A stretch of 64,000 nucleotides of DNA from Octopus vulgaris (Eukaryota). Below, in pieces: positions 12,870-26,427 of the stretch. Both the position numbers and the translations under genes were made by a program. Location: positions 91,884,001 to 91,948,000 of the forward strand of contig OX597817.1 of NCBI GenBank assembly GCA_951406725.2. The letters run 5' to 3'. The notes below the pieces were generated by a model. It searched no databases and was not told where the DNA came from. It saw only the letters and a list, made by a program, of their open reading frames with translations. How positions within the stretch are numbered: the stretch's first letter is position 1; every line of letters starts with the position of its first letter.

Positions 12870-13046
12870 AAAAGGCCTGGTTGGAGGGCCAATCTTCTGA
12901 ATTCTCTTACAGGGCTCAGGAAAATTGAAGGGTGGCTGCAATAAATGTGTGAATCTGAGAGGGGAATATGTTGAATGAAATTATAATCAACTGATCCTCC
13001 TGCATTTTCTTTTGTTTGAAGCCATGAACTTTTCAGTACCCCCACA
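12870..13046 (+). mobile_element. mariner right-end remnant
   Basis: Degenerate ..FLQGL.KL...CNKCVNLRGEYVE*-like C-terminus, then TIR-like gccatgaacttttcagtacccccaca followed by TA. Confidence 0.65.
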
Positions 13047-13750
13047 TATATATATATACATACAAAGAAAGAAAGAGAGAGAGAGCGAGAGAGAGAGAGA
13101 AAAGAGAGAGAAACAGATAGATAGATACAGATATATATAAAGCTGAGAAGTAGAATTTCTGGTCTAACATTTAATTCTTTAGTTATGTGCATTTGGACAC
13201 AACATGGTACATACGTTGCATGTATATAAATATTGATCTCAAATTTTGGCACAAAGCCAGCAATTTCAGGGAAGTGGGTAAGTTGATTCCTTTGCACCCA
13301 GTGCTCAACTAGTATTTATTTTATCGACCCTAAAAGAAACACACATGTGAGTACATATGTATGTCTTTGTGCATCAGCATGTGTTTGTACATGTGTACAA
13401 ATGTTCGTGTGTACACACATTTGTATGCATGTGTGTGTACAGTTATTGATGTATGTTTGTACAGATGTATACATGTAAGAGTGTATGTGTGTGTGTTTAA
13501 GTTTGGACTTTCCCTGTTTCTGTCTCAAAGAGAGTCTTTACACTGACCATTTAGCAGTTTGATTATAATTGATCAAAAACAAAGAAAAAAAATATGTTCT
13601 AGACATAAAAATAAGTATTGGGGTCATTATGATCAATGATAATATTCAAACCAGAAACTCAGCATGGCCACTGTCCAATAACTGAAACAATTATATGATT
13701 ATATCATTTTATAACAGTTATTGACAGCTTACATTGTGTGTGTATATATA

Positions 13751-13782
<32 letters not shown>

Positions 13783-14016
13783 ATGTGTGTGCTTGTGTTT
13801 GTGTTTGTGTGTGTGTATAAACATATGTATGTATGTATTTATGTATGTATATAATTCCAGCAAAGCACTCTCACTTCATTCATCCATCACAATTCCCAGA
13901 GTCATCCAGAATTCCCTCTGGAATCCATACTTTGCATCCTAACATCAACTGCATCATCTATCTAATCAGCATGGGATGGACTGCAAAGGTTATTAGCACT
14001 TGTGGTAGTGATGTGT

Positions 14017-14058
<42 letters not shown>

Positions 14059-14159
14059 AACAAACATTACTATATATATATTTAGTAATGTTTGTTTTGA
14101 TGTTGTTGTCATAAAAAAAATTTACATTAATCTGATGGGTTATTCTATACTTTTGTATA

Positions 14160-14290
14160 GTACATATTTATTAGTCTTATACAAGAATGTTGTTGATAGT
14201 GACTTCAAAGTTTTGACCAGTGAAGCCAGCTAGCTGAAACTTCAAAGTCGCTGTCAACAACATACTTGTATAAGAATAATAAATATATAC
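14160..14290. repeat. Small foldback with 3' half of a hammerhead in each arm
   Basis: ~55-bp imperfect inverted arms 14160-14214 / 14236-14290; GAAAC-UU CA AA-GUC at the start of the right arm. Confidence 0.7.
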
Positions 14291-14325
14291 ATACATAGAC
14301 AAATACACACACACACACATATATA

Positions 14326-14778
14326 CAGGGTGTGATGGATAAATTGTCGCCATTTTACATTTTTAATTTCGTGCATGTGTATTGTTTGCTTTTCATTTTG
14401 TCAACCACACAGTATAGTAGGGTCAGTTGAGTACTGCCTGGAGAAAACATTACCATGGACGCAATTCACTCTGCCAGAAATTTGGAAATGACACGCTGTA
14501 CTGCTTGGCATTCATACCAAAAGTTCCAATATGAACATTTCAGAGTGTTTGGGTGTCAATCTGAGGCAAGTTGAATGAGTCTAATGGTAATTACAAAGGT
14601 GTTTGGAGTGATCACTAGTGATGGCAACGTTATGCCTCCATTCATCTTCCCACACGGCCTCAGACTCAACACAGAGGCCTGCAGCAAGTGCCTGAAGGAA
14701 GTAGTGCTGCCCTGGGTCAAGACGATGTTTGCTGAAAGATCCTGTCTGACAACAAGACTCTGCACCATGCCATACAAA
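14326..14778 (+). mobile_element. Tc1/mariner-superfamily (maT-like) element, internally deleted and 3'-truncated
   Basis: TA-CAGGGTGTGATGG terminus; VFGVITSDGNVMPPFIFPHGLRLNTEA...QQDSAPCHT transposase motifs. Confidence 0.8.
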
Positions 14779-14784
14779 AATTTA

Positions 14785-15754
14785 AGAAACAAGATGAAGA
14801 TGAAAGAATAAACAATTGGAAAATGAAACCACTGCATGGGCAATACCTCAGAGAAATTGAAGGAAAAGACAAGATCAACACTTGGAGATGGCTAAGGAAA
14901 AGTGGTCTGAAAGGATGCACTGAGGCATTAATATGCAGCATCCAGGAACAAGCTCTGAGAACTAATTACACCAAGTTGTAAATAGATAAGCGTAGCAAAT
15001 TGTCCCTTTGTAAGGTGTGTGGCAGTAAAAATGAAATAATCTCACATATTGAAAGTGAGTGTAGTAAGCTGGCCCTAAAGCACTACAAAAAGAGGTACAA
15101 TAATGTGGCTAAGTTCATCCACTGGAGGCTATATGAAAAGTACGGCCTGAACAGAGCACAGAAATGGTATGAACATAAACCAGAAGGAGTCACCAAGAAC
15201 AAGAAATATGAAGTGCTGTAGGATTTTACAGTCCAATCTGACTCCCAAATGAATGCTCAGAGACCAGTTATTGTGATAGATAGAGGAAAAAAAGGAAACC
15301 AAGATTATAGATATTACAATACCTGGTGGGGCACATATAAATGACAAAGAACTAGAAAATACTGAAAAGTACAGACTACTAAAAAACAAAATTGCAAGAA
15401 TGTGGACTATGAGGAGAGTATCTGTCATTCCAGTAGTTGTAGGGGCACTCAGAGTACTAAAAACCAAGTTTGAGAAATATGTCAGAGTAATTGGAATTGA
15501 CATGAGAGCCAAGCAAGCTCAAAAAACTGTGCTGGTGGGGACTGATTGGATTTTGAGATTGGTACTTGGATGTTGAATATCTCCCACAATAATTAACAAC
15601 CAAGTACCAAAGCTTATAATGTGTGAAAAGAGACTCTGTGAGACCTCTGCCAGCAGGCTGCTGTCCATTCTCTCAGAATCTACTAGAGTGAACAATATCG
15701 AGTGCTTTGAGAAGTAAAACAACAACAACAACAACAATAATAATAATGATAATA

Positions 15755-15834
<80 letters not shown>

Positions 15835-15835
15835 G
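14785..15835 (+). mobile_element. R4/Dong non-LTR retrotransposon 3' end (CCHC + restriction-like endonuclease) with (AAC)n/(AAT)n tail
   Basis: WKMKPLHGQY...TEALICSIQEQALRTN...CKVC...ISHIESEC...WYEHKPE...IIDITIP...VIPVVVGAL; ends in (AAT)n, the Dong target repeat. Confidence 0.9.
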
Positions 15836-16654
15836 ATGAGGATGAGGATGGTATTAAAAAGGGTTCTAAGCACTTGAAAGACTATTGAAAGCTAGTGGAT
15901 ACATAAGGTTACTGGTAGTAACCCACTACCACATAAATCCTGCCAGGAATAAGACTGGACCTGAATCAAATCAACAATAAATATATATATGAAAGAAGAT
16001 TTGAAAATGCAATTTTAAAGATGTTTATTCACTTTTTTTAGAAAAAGATTGTCAAAAGTAAAATGTAAAGCTTTGTATAAGTTTTGTTGTGTTAAGTACT
16101 GGTTATCACAAAAGTATTAAAATACAGATATACATTCTTTGATAATAATAAGAAAATGTTAAAAACAGTTTACAAGGAAATTTCTTGAGAAAATATTAAA
16201 CAAAAAGTATTAGGAGTTCAAGAAAAATATTAGGAGTTCAAAAAAGTAGGAGTTCAATAAAAATCATGTTTGGTAGTATATATATACACAGAAGGAGATA
16301 TATTTAGGAGTTTACAAAGAATTTGACCTGTTTTAGCATATATATATAATGGCCACAGTCAAATGACCAAAACAAATAATAAAGTAAAAGAATATATAGT
16401 AAGAAAAGGGAGGAGGAGAATTTCAATTATCCCTACGTGGTGAGTTGTAATGCAAAATATATATATATAAAATTAAAAAAAGGAAAATGCACAGTTTACA
16501 TAGTTTTAATATATTTATTAATATATTTTATAAGTGAAAGAGTTTTGTGTTTATTGACCAGTTTCGCTTTCACTAATCATGACATTGAAATTATTATAAT
16601 TTTACATTTTCTTAAGAAGATATTAGTCCATATACATACATATACACATACATA

Positions 16655-18626
16655 AAGGCATAGAAATAGATATATTTAGTGGGAATGAAATGTAAAAGAC
16701 AGTTAACGGTTGAATTTTATAGATTGGTAGAAATTACTTATAGGAACTAAAGGTATGTTTTTGCCAATATTTGCAACAATAAATGCATTCATTAAATGTG
16801 TTTACAAGAGAATTCTCTGAGAACAGGATTAGATAGAGTTCTTCGTTACAGCGCAGACAAGAAGATTTACTTTTATCATATGGAAAGGACCTAAATAGGA
16901 TATTCCATTCCAAATCAAATTGTTTATTATGTTCCTTATGAGACCAAATTAATTTACTAAACCCAGTGCTGTTGCATTTATTAATATGTCTAAATGTAGA
17001 GTAATGGTTAGATATTCTTTTGGACAACTGAGATGAAGAACTACCTATGTAAACAAAGGCATCAGAACCACAAGTAATTTTACATTAATAAACAGAGTTT
17101 CTAGTCTTAGAATTACTGCTAAGGAAACAAATGTGATTGGAATTTATATCAGAAATACTAATATTGTTGTTATTATTGTTCAAAGAATGGTTGGTGTTAA
17201 TAATGCCAATGTTATTATTTTCATTAAGTGGATTTGTATTTAACAACTTATTGTTATGCGAAGTATGATTTGTGAGAGGTTTTTGATGTTTGAAAACCCT
17301 ATTCTAATTCAGTGTGAATTGATAATAGAATATTATCTTGAATTTCTAGGGAAATTCCTATCTATAGTTTCACGAAACTGGTTAGGGAGATTGGATTTCA
17401 TCTGCTTACCATATGGAATTATCAACCAAACAGTTTTACTAGGACATACCTTGTTATTAGGGTAATTATCTTTAAAAGTCCTAGATGTATTTTTATAATG
17501 GAAAAAGGGTCTTAAATCAAATTTTTCAATGTAGTGTTGTTATTTGAATGAAAATTTATATTCTTATTATCATTATGCCGTGATTGTCCTGATTACTAGA
17601 GGTAGAATTAATGTCAATAGGGTTAATATAGATAATTTTTTTCTTTATAGCCTGCTTTAAGTAAAGCAGAGTTGTAAAATTTGGCTTTTTCGTTGAAGAT
17701 ATCAACATTGGCAGATAATCTAGAAAGTCTAAGTGAAATATTTGTAACTAAATTCCTTGTAATAGCCTTTGAATGATTACTGAAAGAACTAATATATTTT
17801 AAATTAGTTGAGGGTTTATAGTATGGGAAATATGAATCATTATATATATAAAAGTAATATCCAAAAAGTTGGCTTTAGTTATATCATCTTTGAAAGCAAT
17901 GCTTAAGCCCATGTTTCAGAAAAATTTAACCGACCTATTTTTAACCCTTTGTAATTTTTGGTGAGAAACATTTTGAAGGTAGAGTAGACAATCGTCACAA
18001 TATAGACCTCCATTGATGTTTGGGAATTGGTCAGCCATCTCATAAATGATATATATACTGACCAGATCAGCGATTTGTGCTGAGTCAGAACTTCCCATCG
18101 TGACATCAAAACTGTCAGGCATATCTTTACAGTCCCACAGCTTGTTTTCAAATTTAATGATTGATTTTCTGGCAGCTAACATGACATTAATTTCATCCCT
18201 GGTGAAACTTGCTTTGTTGTGTGCGAACCAGAGTACCTTGTTGAGTACAATTGGGTTAGCAGAGGAATAGTAACTAGAAATGTCAAACTGGATAAACTTA
18301 GGGCACTTGTTGTTTATTGTTGCAAACATTGTCAAAAACATACCTTTAGTTCCTATAAGTAATTTCTACCAATCTATAAAATTCAACCTTTAACTGTCTT
18401 CTTACATTTGATTTCCACTAAATATATCTATTTCCATGCCTTTAAGCTTTATTCTCATTCATCTATCACACAACATTTCTCCACTCTTGGTTTTCTGCTA
18501 ATTTCTGTCTCTCTCCTCTTTATCTTTCTCTAAATTGTCTTTGATGTTAAATCTATTAATGATTTTTATTAAAAAATAACTTACCAGCTTTCCCTTTCAC
18601 ATTAACTCCATTTCTTTATTTACCTG

Positions 18627-18627
<1 letters not shown>
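16655..18627 (-). mobile_element. Naiad-type PLE copy 2 with inverted 3' end (18312-18627, plus strand)
   Basis: 16655-18310 is nearly identical to 2380-4030. 18312-18440 is the reverse complement of 16655-16785, and that arm continues further into the 3' UTR before (TA)n. Confidence 0.9.
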
Positions 18628-18681
<54 letters not shown>

Positions 18682-18739
18682 TATATGTAGATATATATAA
18701 ATATATATATAGATATAGATATATATATACATGCACAAC

Positions 18740-18899
18740 AGGATTCTTTCAGTTTTTGTCTATCAAATCCACCCACAAGGCTTTGGTTGGCCTGAAACTA
18801 TAGTAGAAGACACTTGCCCACGGTGCCATGCAATGGGACTGAACCCAGAACTATGTGATTGAGAAGCAAGCTTCTTATCACATAGCTATACCTGCACCT
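18740..18899 (-). mobile_element. SINE family B, tRNA head
   Basis: Minus strand gctatgtgataagaagcttgc...ctgggttcagtcccattgcatggcacc. Confidence 0.8.
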
Positions 18900-19103
18900 A
18901 TACATATACACACACACACATACACACACATGCAAACGTGCATGAATACATACATAAATGTGAATATACTCAAATATACACATATATGCTCACAAAAACG
19001 GTCACTGACATACACACATATGCAAATATATACAAATACATGCATACATATGCACACCTACATGAATTTATTCAACAGAAGTTAAATGTGGTCAGTAACA
19101 AAG

Positions 19104-19296
19104 AATCATCATCATCATCATCATCGTTTAACATCCGTTTTCCATGCTAGCATGGGTTGGATGGTTCGACCGAGGATCTGGGAAGCCAGAAGGCTGCACC
19201 AGGCTCCAGTCTGATCTGGCAGTCTTTCTACAGCTGGATGCCCTTCCTAACGCCAAACACTCCGTGAGTGTAGTGGGTGCTTTTTACGTGCCACCA
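19104..19296 (-). mobile_element. RTE LINE 3' tail with (GAT)n
   Basis: aaaagcacccactacactc...aacccatgctagcatggaaaacggatgttaaacgatgatgatg; same tail as 42140-42318. Confidence 0.8.
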
Positions 19297-19964
19297 AAGA
19301 ATGAAGGGAAATAATTACTTGAGTTGATCACATAACCTCCATATATCATTTAACCCACGACCTTCAGTGAATATATTAAGGTAAAATTTTAGTCATTCAT
19401 GAGCTCTTCTAAGCTTCCTCACTAAGTCAGTTCACAATGAAATTGAATGTGGTTTATTTTGCAACATTGGTCCAGTTCTAAGCTACGTTTTGAGATAAAA
19501 TAATTGAAATTTCGTTCATTAGAAAAAAAGTTAGTTCAAAAACATGAGAGTAAGGCAGAAATTTGACTTTGAATTTCAGTTGTTTTAAGAGAAAAGCATG
19601 GATTAGTTGGGTTGAAAAGAATGTGCTCATTAAGAAGAATCTTGTGGTGAAAACCATATTAAAAATATTAGCTAGAAAAAAGTTGTGTAACTTTAAGTGA
19701 CAAAAAAATGGTAACATAAAATATTGACTTTAAATAGAAATATCTCAGCTAATATTGAAGAAAACTACACAACAGTTGTATTCAAATGAAAGAGTTCTAT
19801 GAGATGACTCTTATGGTGAAAACTACATCAGAAAATTTGTGGCTTTAAGTGGTGGAGAAAATGTTAATCATTTTAAGAAATCAAAATAATTTTGTCATTT
19901 TAAGATATTTAGCATTATAATAGTTCATGGTCAACTTCTATAATGCTAAATTTCTTGGAAGACC

Positions 19965-21075
19965 AATGCCAATGGGACCCCTCATCTCTCCGAGTGTACT
20001 GAGCATGATTTGGTGATTACCAATTCTTTATTTTGCCAGAATACAAAGCTTCGTGGCAACATCCACACTCAAAATGCTGGCACTTGATTGACTATGTCAT
20101 TATAATATTCCGTGACCATCAAGATGGGCTGAAGACCCATACTATCACAGGTGCAGATCAAGACATTCATACTGATACAAAAATGATGGTATACAAGGCA
20201 GTGACCACCCCCATGCTCCTATATGCCTCCAAGACCTGAACTTCGTACAGAAGAAACATAAAAGCACTTGAAAGGTACCACCATTGCTGCCTTCAAAGTA
20301 TTCTCAACACTAGCAAGGAAGAAAGGACAAATATCAGAGGATTGAAAGAAGCTAACATGACCTCCATTGCAGCTTCCATCATCTAGAAACAGCTGAGATG
20401 GACTGGTTGTGTTGTCCAGATGATAATCAACCATTTACTGAAACAGCTTCTCTACTCCCAATTAACAGAAAGAAAACAAAGAAGAGGAGGGCAAAAGAAA
20501 AGAGTTACAAATGTCCTGAAAACCAAATTCAAGAATTGTAATATTGGTTTCAAATTTTGGCACAAGGCTAGCAATTTCAGGGAAGGGGGAGTCAATTACA
20601 TCAACCCCAGTGTTTAACTGGTACTTATTTTAACAACTCCAAAAGGATGAAAGGCAAAGTCGACCTCAGTGAAATTTGAACTCAGAACGTAAAGACAGAC
20701 AAAATTCTGCTATACATTTTACCTAGTATGTTAATGATTCTGCCAACTCACTGCCTTTCCAAGAAATGTAATATTGACACTAGGAACTGGTAGAGAAATG
20801 CTCAAGATTGAAAATGCTGGAGATCCATCACCAAAGTGGGGCAAACAACTTTTAAGACTACTTGGACTGCTGAACTAGAACAAAAGAGGAGGCACAGAAA
20901 AGATAGACAAGAATAACCAAGAAGGACCTTCCATCTGGAACCACCTGTCATACTTGTGGAAGGAACTTCTAAGCAAGAATTGGACTCATCAGTCACCTCA
21001 GAATCTATCAATAACTGCAAGAAAGAAAAGAAGATCATCATCTTTCATCCCAAGAGATAGCCACAAACAGACCAT
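19965..21075 (+). mobile_element. RTE/BovB-like LINE, internally deleted (APE end fused to post-RT region), interrupted by a SINE
   Basis: CTEHDLVITNS...SWQHPHSKCWHLIDYVI joined to TKMMVYKAV...LLY, QLRWTG, GGQKKR. Confidence 0.8.
20547..20759 (-). mobile_element. tRNA-derived SINE family A with 17-bp TSD
   Basis: TSD caagaattgtaatattg (20530-20546) / caagaaatgtaatattg (20760-20776); B-box-like ctgagttcaaatt. Confidence 0.85.
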
Positions 21076-21188
21076 AACCATTCCTTCAATATCCAGGTCT
21101 ACAGTCTCTAATGCATCCTCTACTCTAAGATCTGCAGCTATTTCAAGCAGATCCAACAATTACATAGGGACTTTTAACGTAACTTGTA

Positions 21189-21236
<48 letters not shown>

Positions 21237-21449
21237 TGCATGTGTGTGTGTATGTGTATTAATGTATCTGTGTGTAGACAATGTGTATGTGTGTATGATT
21301 GCATATGTACATGTGTGTGTACAGCAAGTCCAAGGCAAAGTTGTTTGTAAGTTGAACATCTGTTGAATTAGAGATGTATGAAGTGATGTGGGTAGTTATT
21401 GGTGTATTGGAATAGATAGAGAGATAGAATGATATATATATAAACACAT

Positions 21450-21489
<40 letters not shown>

Positions 21490-21556
21490 GTGTGTGTGTA
21501 TATATATACATACATATATGTATGTATGTATATGTATATATACATATATATATGTA

Positions 21557-21589
<33 letters not shown>

Positions 21590-21595
21590 AACATG

Positions 21596-21629
<34 letters not shown>

Positions 21630-21646
21630 TGTATGTATGTATGTAT

Positions 21647-21932
21647 GCTTAGTGGTTAGGGTATTGCTCTCACAATTGCAAGATTGTGATTTCAATTCCT
21701 ACACCAGGTGGTGCATTGTGTTCTTGAGCAAAACACTTTATCGTGTGTTACTCTGCAATCACTTCAACAGCTGACACATGATACACAGTGCATCTGTTCA
21801 GAAAATGTCAATTTGATAGAGTGAGTGAGCTAATGTGTGGCTCAAACATTTGATCACTATTAATAAATCATTTGTACAGGTTGTTCAGCAAAAGCTGAAT
21901 GCTCATATGTTGTCTTCACCAGGAGAGTCCAT
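21647..21932 (+). mobile_element. SINE family C
   Basis: gcttagtggttagggtattgctctcacaattgc...gtgttcttgagcaaaacactt. Confidence 0.7.
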
Positions 21933-21951
21933 CATATATATATATGATATA

Positions 21952-22795
21952 CAGGGTTTGGACAAAATAATAGAAACAGCATCATAGCATAATAATTTTG
22001 AAATATCTATAAAACCATGCAAAGTTTGTTTATTTTTATGCTTTTGATTTATTATTAGTGTTGCTTAGTACTTTTTGCTAAAATTGTGGTTTCTTTTCAG
22101 ATATCATCAGAAAAATGTAATTAAAATTCATTAAAATGACAGATCTATCAGAATTTCAAAGAGGTCAAATTGTTGGTGCTTGTATGGCAGGTGCTAGCAT
22201 AACAAAAATAGCTGAAATGTTTGGCGCATCAAGAAGTACTGTCTCAAAAGTAATGACAGCCTTTGAGAAAGAGGGAAAAACCTCATTGAAACAAAACTCC
22301 GGAAGAAAACCAAAACTTTCAGATAGGGACCATCAGACTCTTACGTGAATTGTTAGAAAGGATCACAAAAGCACAGCTCTCAAAATTACTACAGTGCTTG
22401 ATGACCACCTCGAGAATCCAGTTTCCACAAAAACTGTTTGCTGGGAGCTGCATAAAGCCAGATTTCATGGGAGGGTTGCAATCACAAAACCTCTACTTTC
22501 AAAAACAAATGTTGCAAAGCGTTTAGAGTGGAGCAAAAACCTACAGAATTAGTCCCTAGAGTAGTGGAAGAATATTATTTTCTTGGACGAGTCATCCATT
22601 ACCTTATTTTCGACCACCACCCAAGTATACATGTGGGGACAGCCAAAAGAAGCATTTGACCCAGACTGCCTTCTTCCAACTGTTAAATATGGAAAAGGAT
22701 CTGTGATGATCTGGGGGGCTATATCTTGGAAATCCGCCAGCCCAATGGTTTCTATTCATGGCAGAGTTAATAGTCAAGACTATTTAAGCATTTTC
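21952..22795 (+). mobile_element. Tc1-like transposon, left TIR + disrupted transposase (3'-truncated)
   Basis: TA-CAGGGTTTGGACAAAATAAT terminus; HTH MTDLSEFQRGQIVGA...; IFLDESSITLF...TVKYGKGSVMIWGAISW; several stops. Confidence 0.9.
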
Positions 22796-22845
22796 AAAAA
22801 GATATAGAATAGATAGAAGAGAAAAAAAAAAGGAGAAAAGAAAAA

Positions 22846-23793
22846 GGATCTTTTCCCTTTGAACAGAAGATTGAGAAATTAATCTTTTGTAACTAAACAC
22901 TTTCAAACTTTGGACACTGGTAGAATGTGTCGTATAAAAGATCTTTTACTCTTAGCATTTTTGAGAAAACTTTATATTTACGAAATTATTTCATGTTAAA
23001 GTTGTCGTATTTCGGTAATTTCAACCAATCAATGACATGTATTCAGCTGAATAAAATTACTGCTGTCAACAACAGCTATCGGCAGTACATATTTCGTTTG
23101 TCACTGTTATTTATGAGATCGGTCGTGCATTTGTACTGGTTTTACCTTTAGGGTTTTAGGGTTAGGGTTAGGGTTTTAGAGTTAGAGTTAGGATTTTAGG
23201 GTTAGGGTTAGAGTTCTAGAGTTTGGGTTAGGGTTAGGGTTTTAGAGTTAGGGTTAGGGTTTAGAGTTAGGGTTTAGGTTTTAGGGTTAGGGTTATGGTT
23301 TTAGGGTTACAGTTGGGGTTTTAGGGTTAGGGTTAGGGTTGGGATTTTAGGGTTAGAGTTACGGAAAAAGTGAAAAGTAAAGAAATTGGAGGGGCAGCTG
23401 TGGCAAAAAAGTCTTTCTGAAAATAGTAGCTGAAAAACAGGAAAAATAAAAACTAAAAGCAGTAGAAATGTACAAACGATTGTGGTTGTGCCATGAAAAA
23501 AACATGCTTCAGATACACTTGTTTATTCATACAAACATAACTGAGATGAAATATGTCATAAATAACAGTGACAAACGAAATATACACTGCCTGAAGTTGT
23601 TGCTAAACAACCAACAGCAGTAATTTTATTCAGCTGATTACACATCATTGCTTGGTTAAAATTACTGAAATACAACAACTTTAACACGAAATAACATTGA
23701 AAATATAGACACATTCTACCAGTGTCCGAAATTTGAAAGTGTTTAGTTACAAAAAATTAATTTCTCAATCTGCTGTTCAAAGGGTAAAGATCG
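22846..23793. mobile_element. Non-autonomous long-TIR DNA element (Mutator/foldback-like) with internal telomere-like array
   Basis: Inverted arms ~22846-23118 / ~23555-23793; 8-bp flanking duplication aagaaaaa (22838-22845, 23794-23801). Confidence 0.75.
23147..23382 (+). repeat. Degenerate interstitial (TTAGGG)n array
   Basis: ttaggg, ttttaggg, ttagag and ttgggg units. Confidence 0.9.
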
Positions 23794-24993
23794 AAGAAAA
23801 ATGTATTGAGGAGAAAGAGAAATGACATCCAGCTGGCTGGATGTCCCATCCAAAAGAAAGAGAGACAAGAAAAATGGCCTGTAGTCACATGCAAGCAACA
23901 GGCTTTATTTCTTTGTAATTGAACGCCACACAACCTTTGTCAACATTAAGTTTTTATACTTATATATATATAAGCAAAATACCTAGTTGTAAAATTTCAA
24001 GAAGAGATCAGAGTAGTAACTACACTAAAATGTTAAGTCAATCGCTACCTCAAAGTGGCTGTTCCTTGTTACTACTAGTATAACCCCAGGCTGATCTTCC
24101 ACCTGCTGGTTATCAGTGCAATGTTGCACCCTTTATATACAATATATATTATTAGCAGGGGGAGTGAACCCCTACCATCCTCTAGCAGACAACAGTATCA
24201 TGAGACTTACTCTGTTTTGAGCTGGTTGACTCATCATCAGTTGCAAGCACCTGGCCGCCAGAGTCCATTCCAGCCAGAGTCCACTCTAGCCAGCAATATA
24301 ATGTAAACAAAGTGACCATCAGTCACTGATCTGCAACAAGCAAAATAGCTAGTTGTAAAATATTTATGGTAGAAGAAAATAGTTTCAAGTTGAAACCCTT
24401 TACTTGTTGTTCCACAGTCATGTGTAACTCCTATGCCACTAGTACCACCAATGCTACATTCACCATCGATAGCAGCAGCACTATAACCATCACCATTACT
24501 TCTTCAAACACAATCATCACCACACCCACTACTACCGCCCACTATAATCACCCTCACAACAAGCACCATCTCTATATCTATCTCCACCACCATCTCCATC
24601 ACGTTCTCTACCACCACCATCTCTACTGCTATTATCTTCACTACCACCATTTTCACCACAACACCATCTCCACCATCATCATGGTCATCATCACCATCTT
24701 TACCACCACCATTACGACTACCTACTCCCTGTGCTACTGTCAATACTTTCCTACAGAAGTGCCATTTTCCTTATCCAGAGAGTATCCTGAAGCTCTATAA
24801 ATACTCGGTAATTCCGTTTCTCTTTTGAGGAAATACATAATTACATTCTATTCTAGCTTTTTCTACAGATTCCTTCACTCATCTTCACATTCTTGCTCTA
24901 TATCTTTGTCTCTCTATCCCTCCTTTCCTTCTCTCTCTCTCTTTCTCCCAGCCACTCTCCCACAGCCACATATACATATAGAATACATACATG

Positions 24994-25053
<60 letters not shown>

Positions 25054-25172
25054 TGTATATATGTATGTGTATGTGAAAATATATATACATACACACCCCA
25101 CACATGCATGCATGCATACATACATGCATACATACATACATACATACATACATACATACATACATACATACA

Positions 25173-25203
<31 letters not shown>

Positions 25204-26169
25204 GTATATTTTCTGTCAGCTGCTCCAATTTCTCGCAGTTTTGTAAACTACTTTTAATATCACAGCAAATAGCATATAATGGTGACATGGTAGTGATCAG
25301 TGTTTCATGGGGTGATATCACAATGAAAATAATACAATGAAACTTGCACAATGGTGATATCACAGTCTACAGCGTATGGAGACATAGTACTTTAGTGATC
25401 AGAGTACAATGGTAACACCAGACTGCACACTGTTCCCTGCAACATCACAATATCCACATCTATACTAAATACACTCAATGAACTAATCACTGATCCTTTT
25501 GTCAACCATTTTTTGTCCCTTTGATTTCTGATTTACTTGGATCAAAGCCATTTGATGTTTAAAAGATCCTAATATATTTTTATAATTAAATATTATTAAG
25601 CATTATTTTTTAAATTGTTAAAATATTTTGTGTGTTGTAGAAATATAACCAATACATTGTGCAAGTTTTAACAACAAAAATCATATATGGACCTTGGTTG
25701 AGAACCACTGCTTTTGTCTAATCCCTATGCAAATCACAAACTACACAGATCACACAGATCCTCCCTACAAGAATTCCTCCTTCTGGATCCTCAACCCTAT
25801 TACGACAGACTTATCAGAAAAGGCTTTCTAGCCATGACTATACTATGTTTTAGTGAATGTATCTAATTTTACATTTTTTAATGTACTCATGTTCTCTTTC
25901 TTTTCTTAAAACAATAGAAAGTAATTTAAGTAAGATCTGACTGCTATTTTTAGCAGGTTGAACAACCATGTAGTGATTGCCATCCCTGCTTGTATTTTCT
26001 TAACAAGTATCAACCAATTAAAGTTCACACTTAACATTACTCCAGCATCATTCACCAGTGAAGGTCCTATTTATTTACATCAATATCACGCATCCATGAA
26101 GTTCATATTCACCATTATCTAATCATTGTCATTCATCTGTGAAGTCCATCTCAATATTATCAACAGTAA

Positions 26170-26385
26170 TGAGGCGGCAAGCTGGCAGAATAATTACCAA
26201 GTCAGGAAAACTGCTTTGTGGTTTATTTTTTGACTTTACATTCATGCCCAAATACTGCCAGAGTCAACTTTGCTTTTCATCCTTTTGGAATCAATAAAAA
26301 ATGTACTAGTTGAACACTGGGGTTGATGTAATTGACTTACCCACTCCCCTGAAATTGCTGGCCTTGAGCCAAAATGTGAAACTGA
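26170..26385 (+). mobile_element. SINE family A
   Basis: ggcggcaagctggcagaa...aaattgctggccttgagccaaaatgtgaaac. Confidence 0.8.
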
Positions 26386-26427
26386 TATTATCAACATCAA
26401 TATCACTCATTTATTAAGGCCTGAGAA

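Noticed and set aside
23147-23382. True chromosome end or fusion site
   Set aside because: Short, degenerate, single orientation and enclosed by TIRs.
24200-24245. CUGAUGA-U-GAG..CUC-AAAAC-AGA-GUA on the minus strand
   Set aside because: G12 is missing and stem I does not pair; cannot be distinguished from chance.
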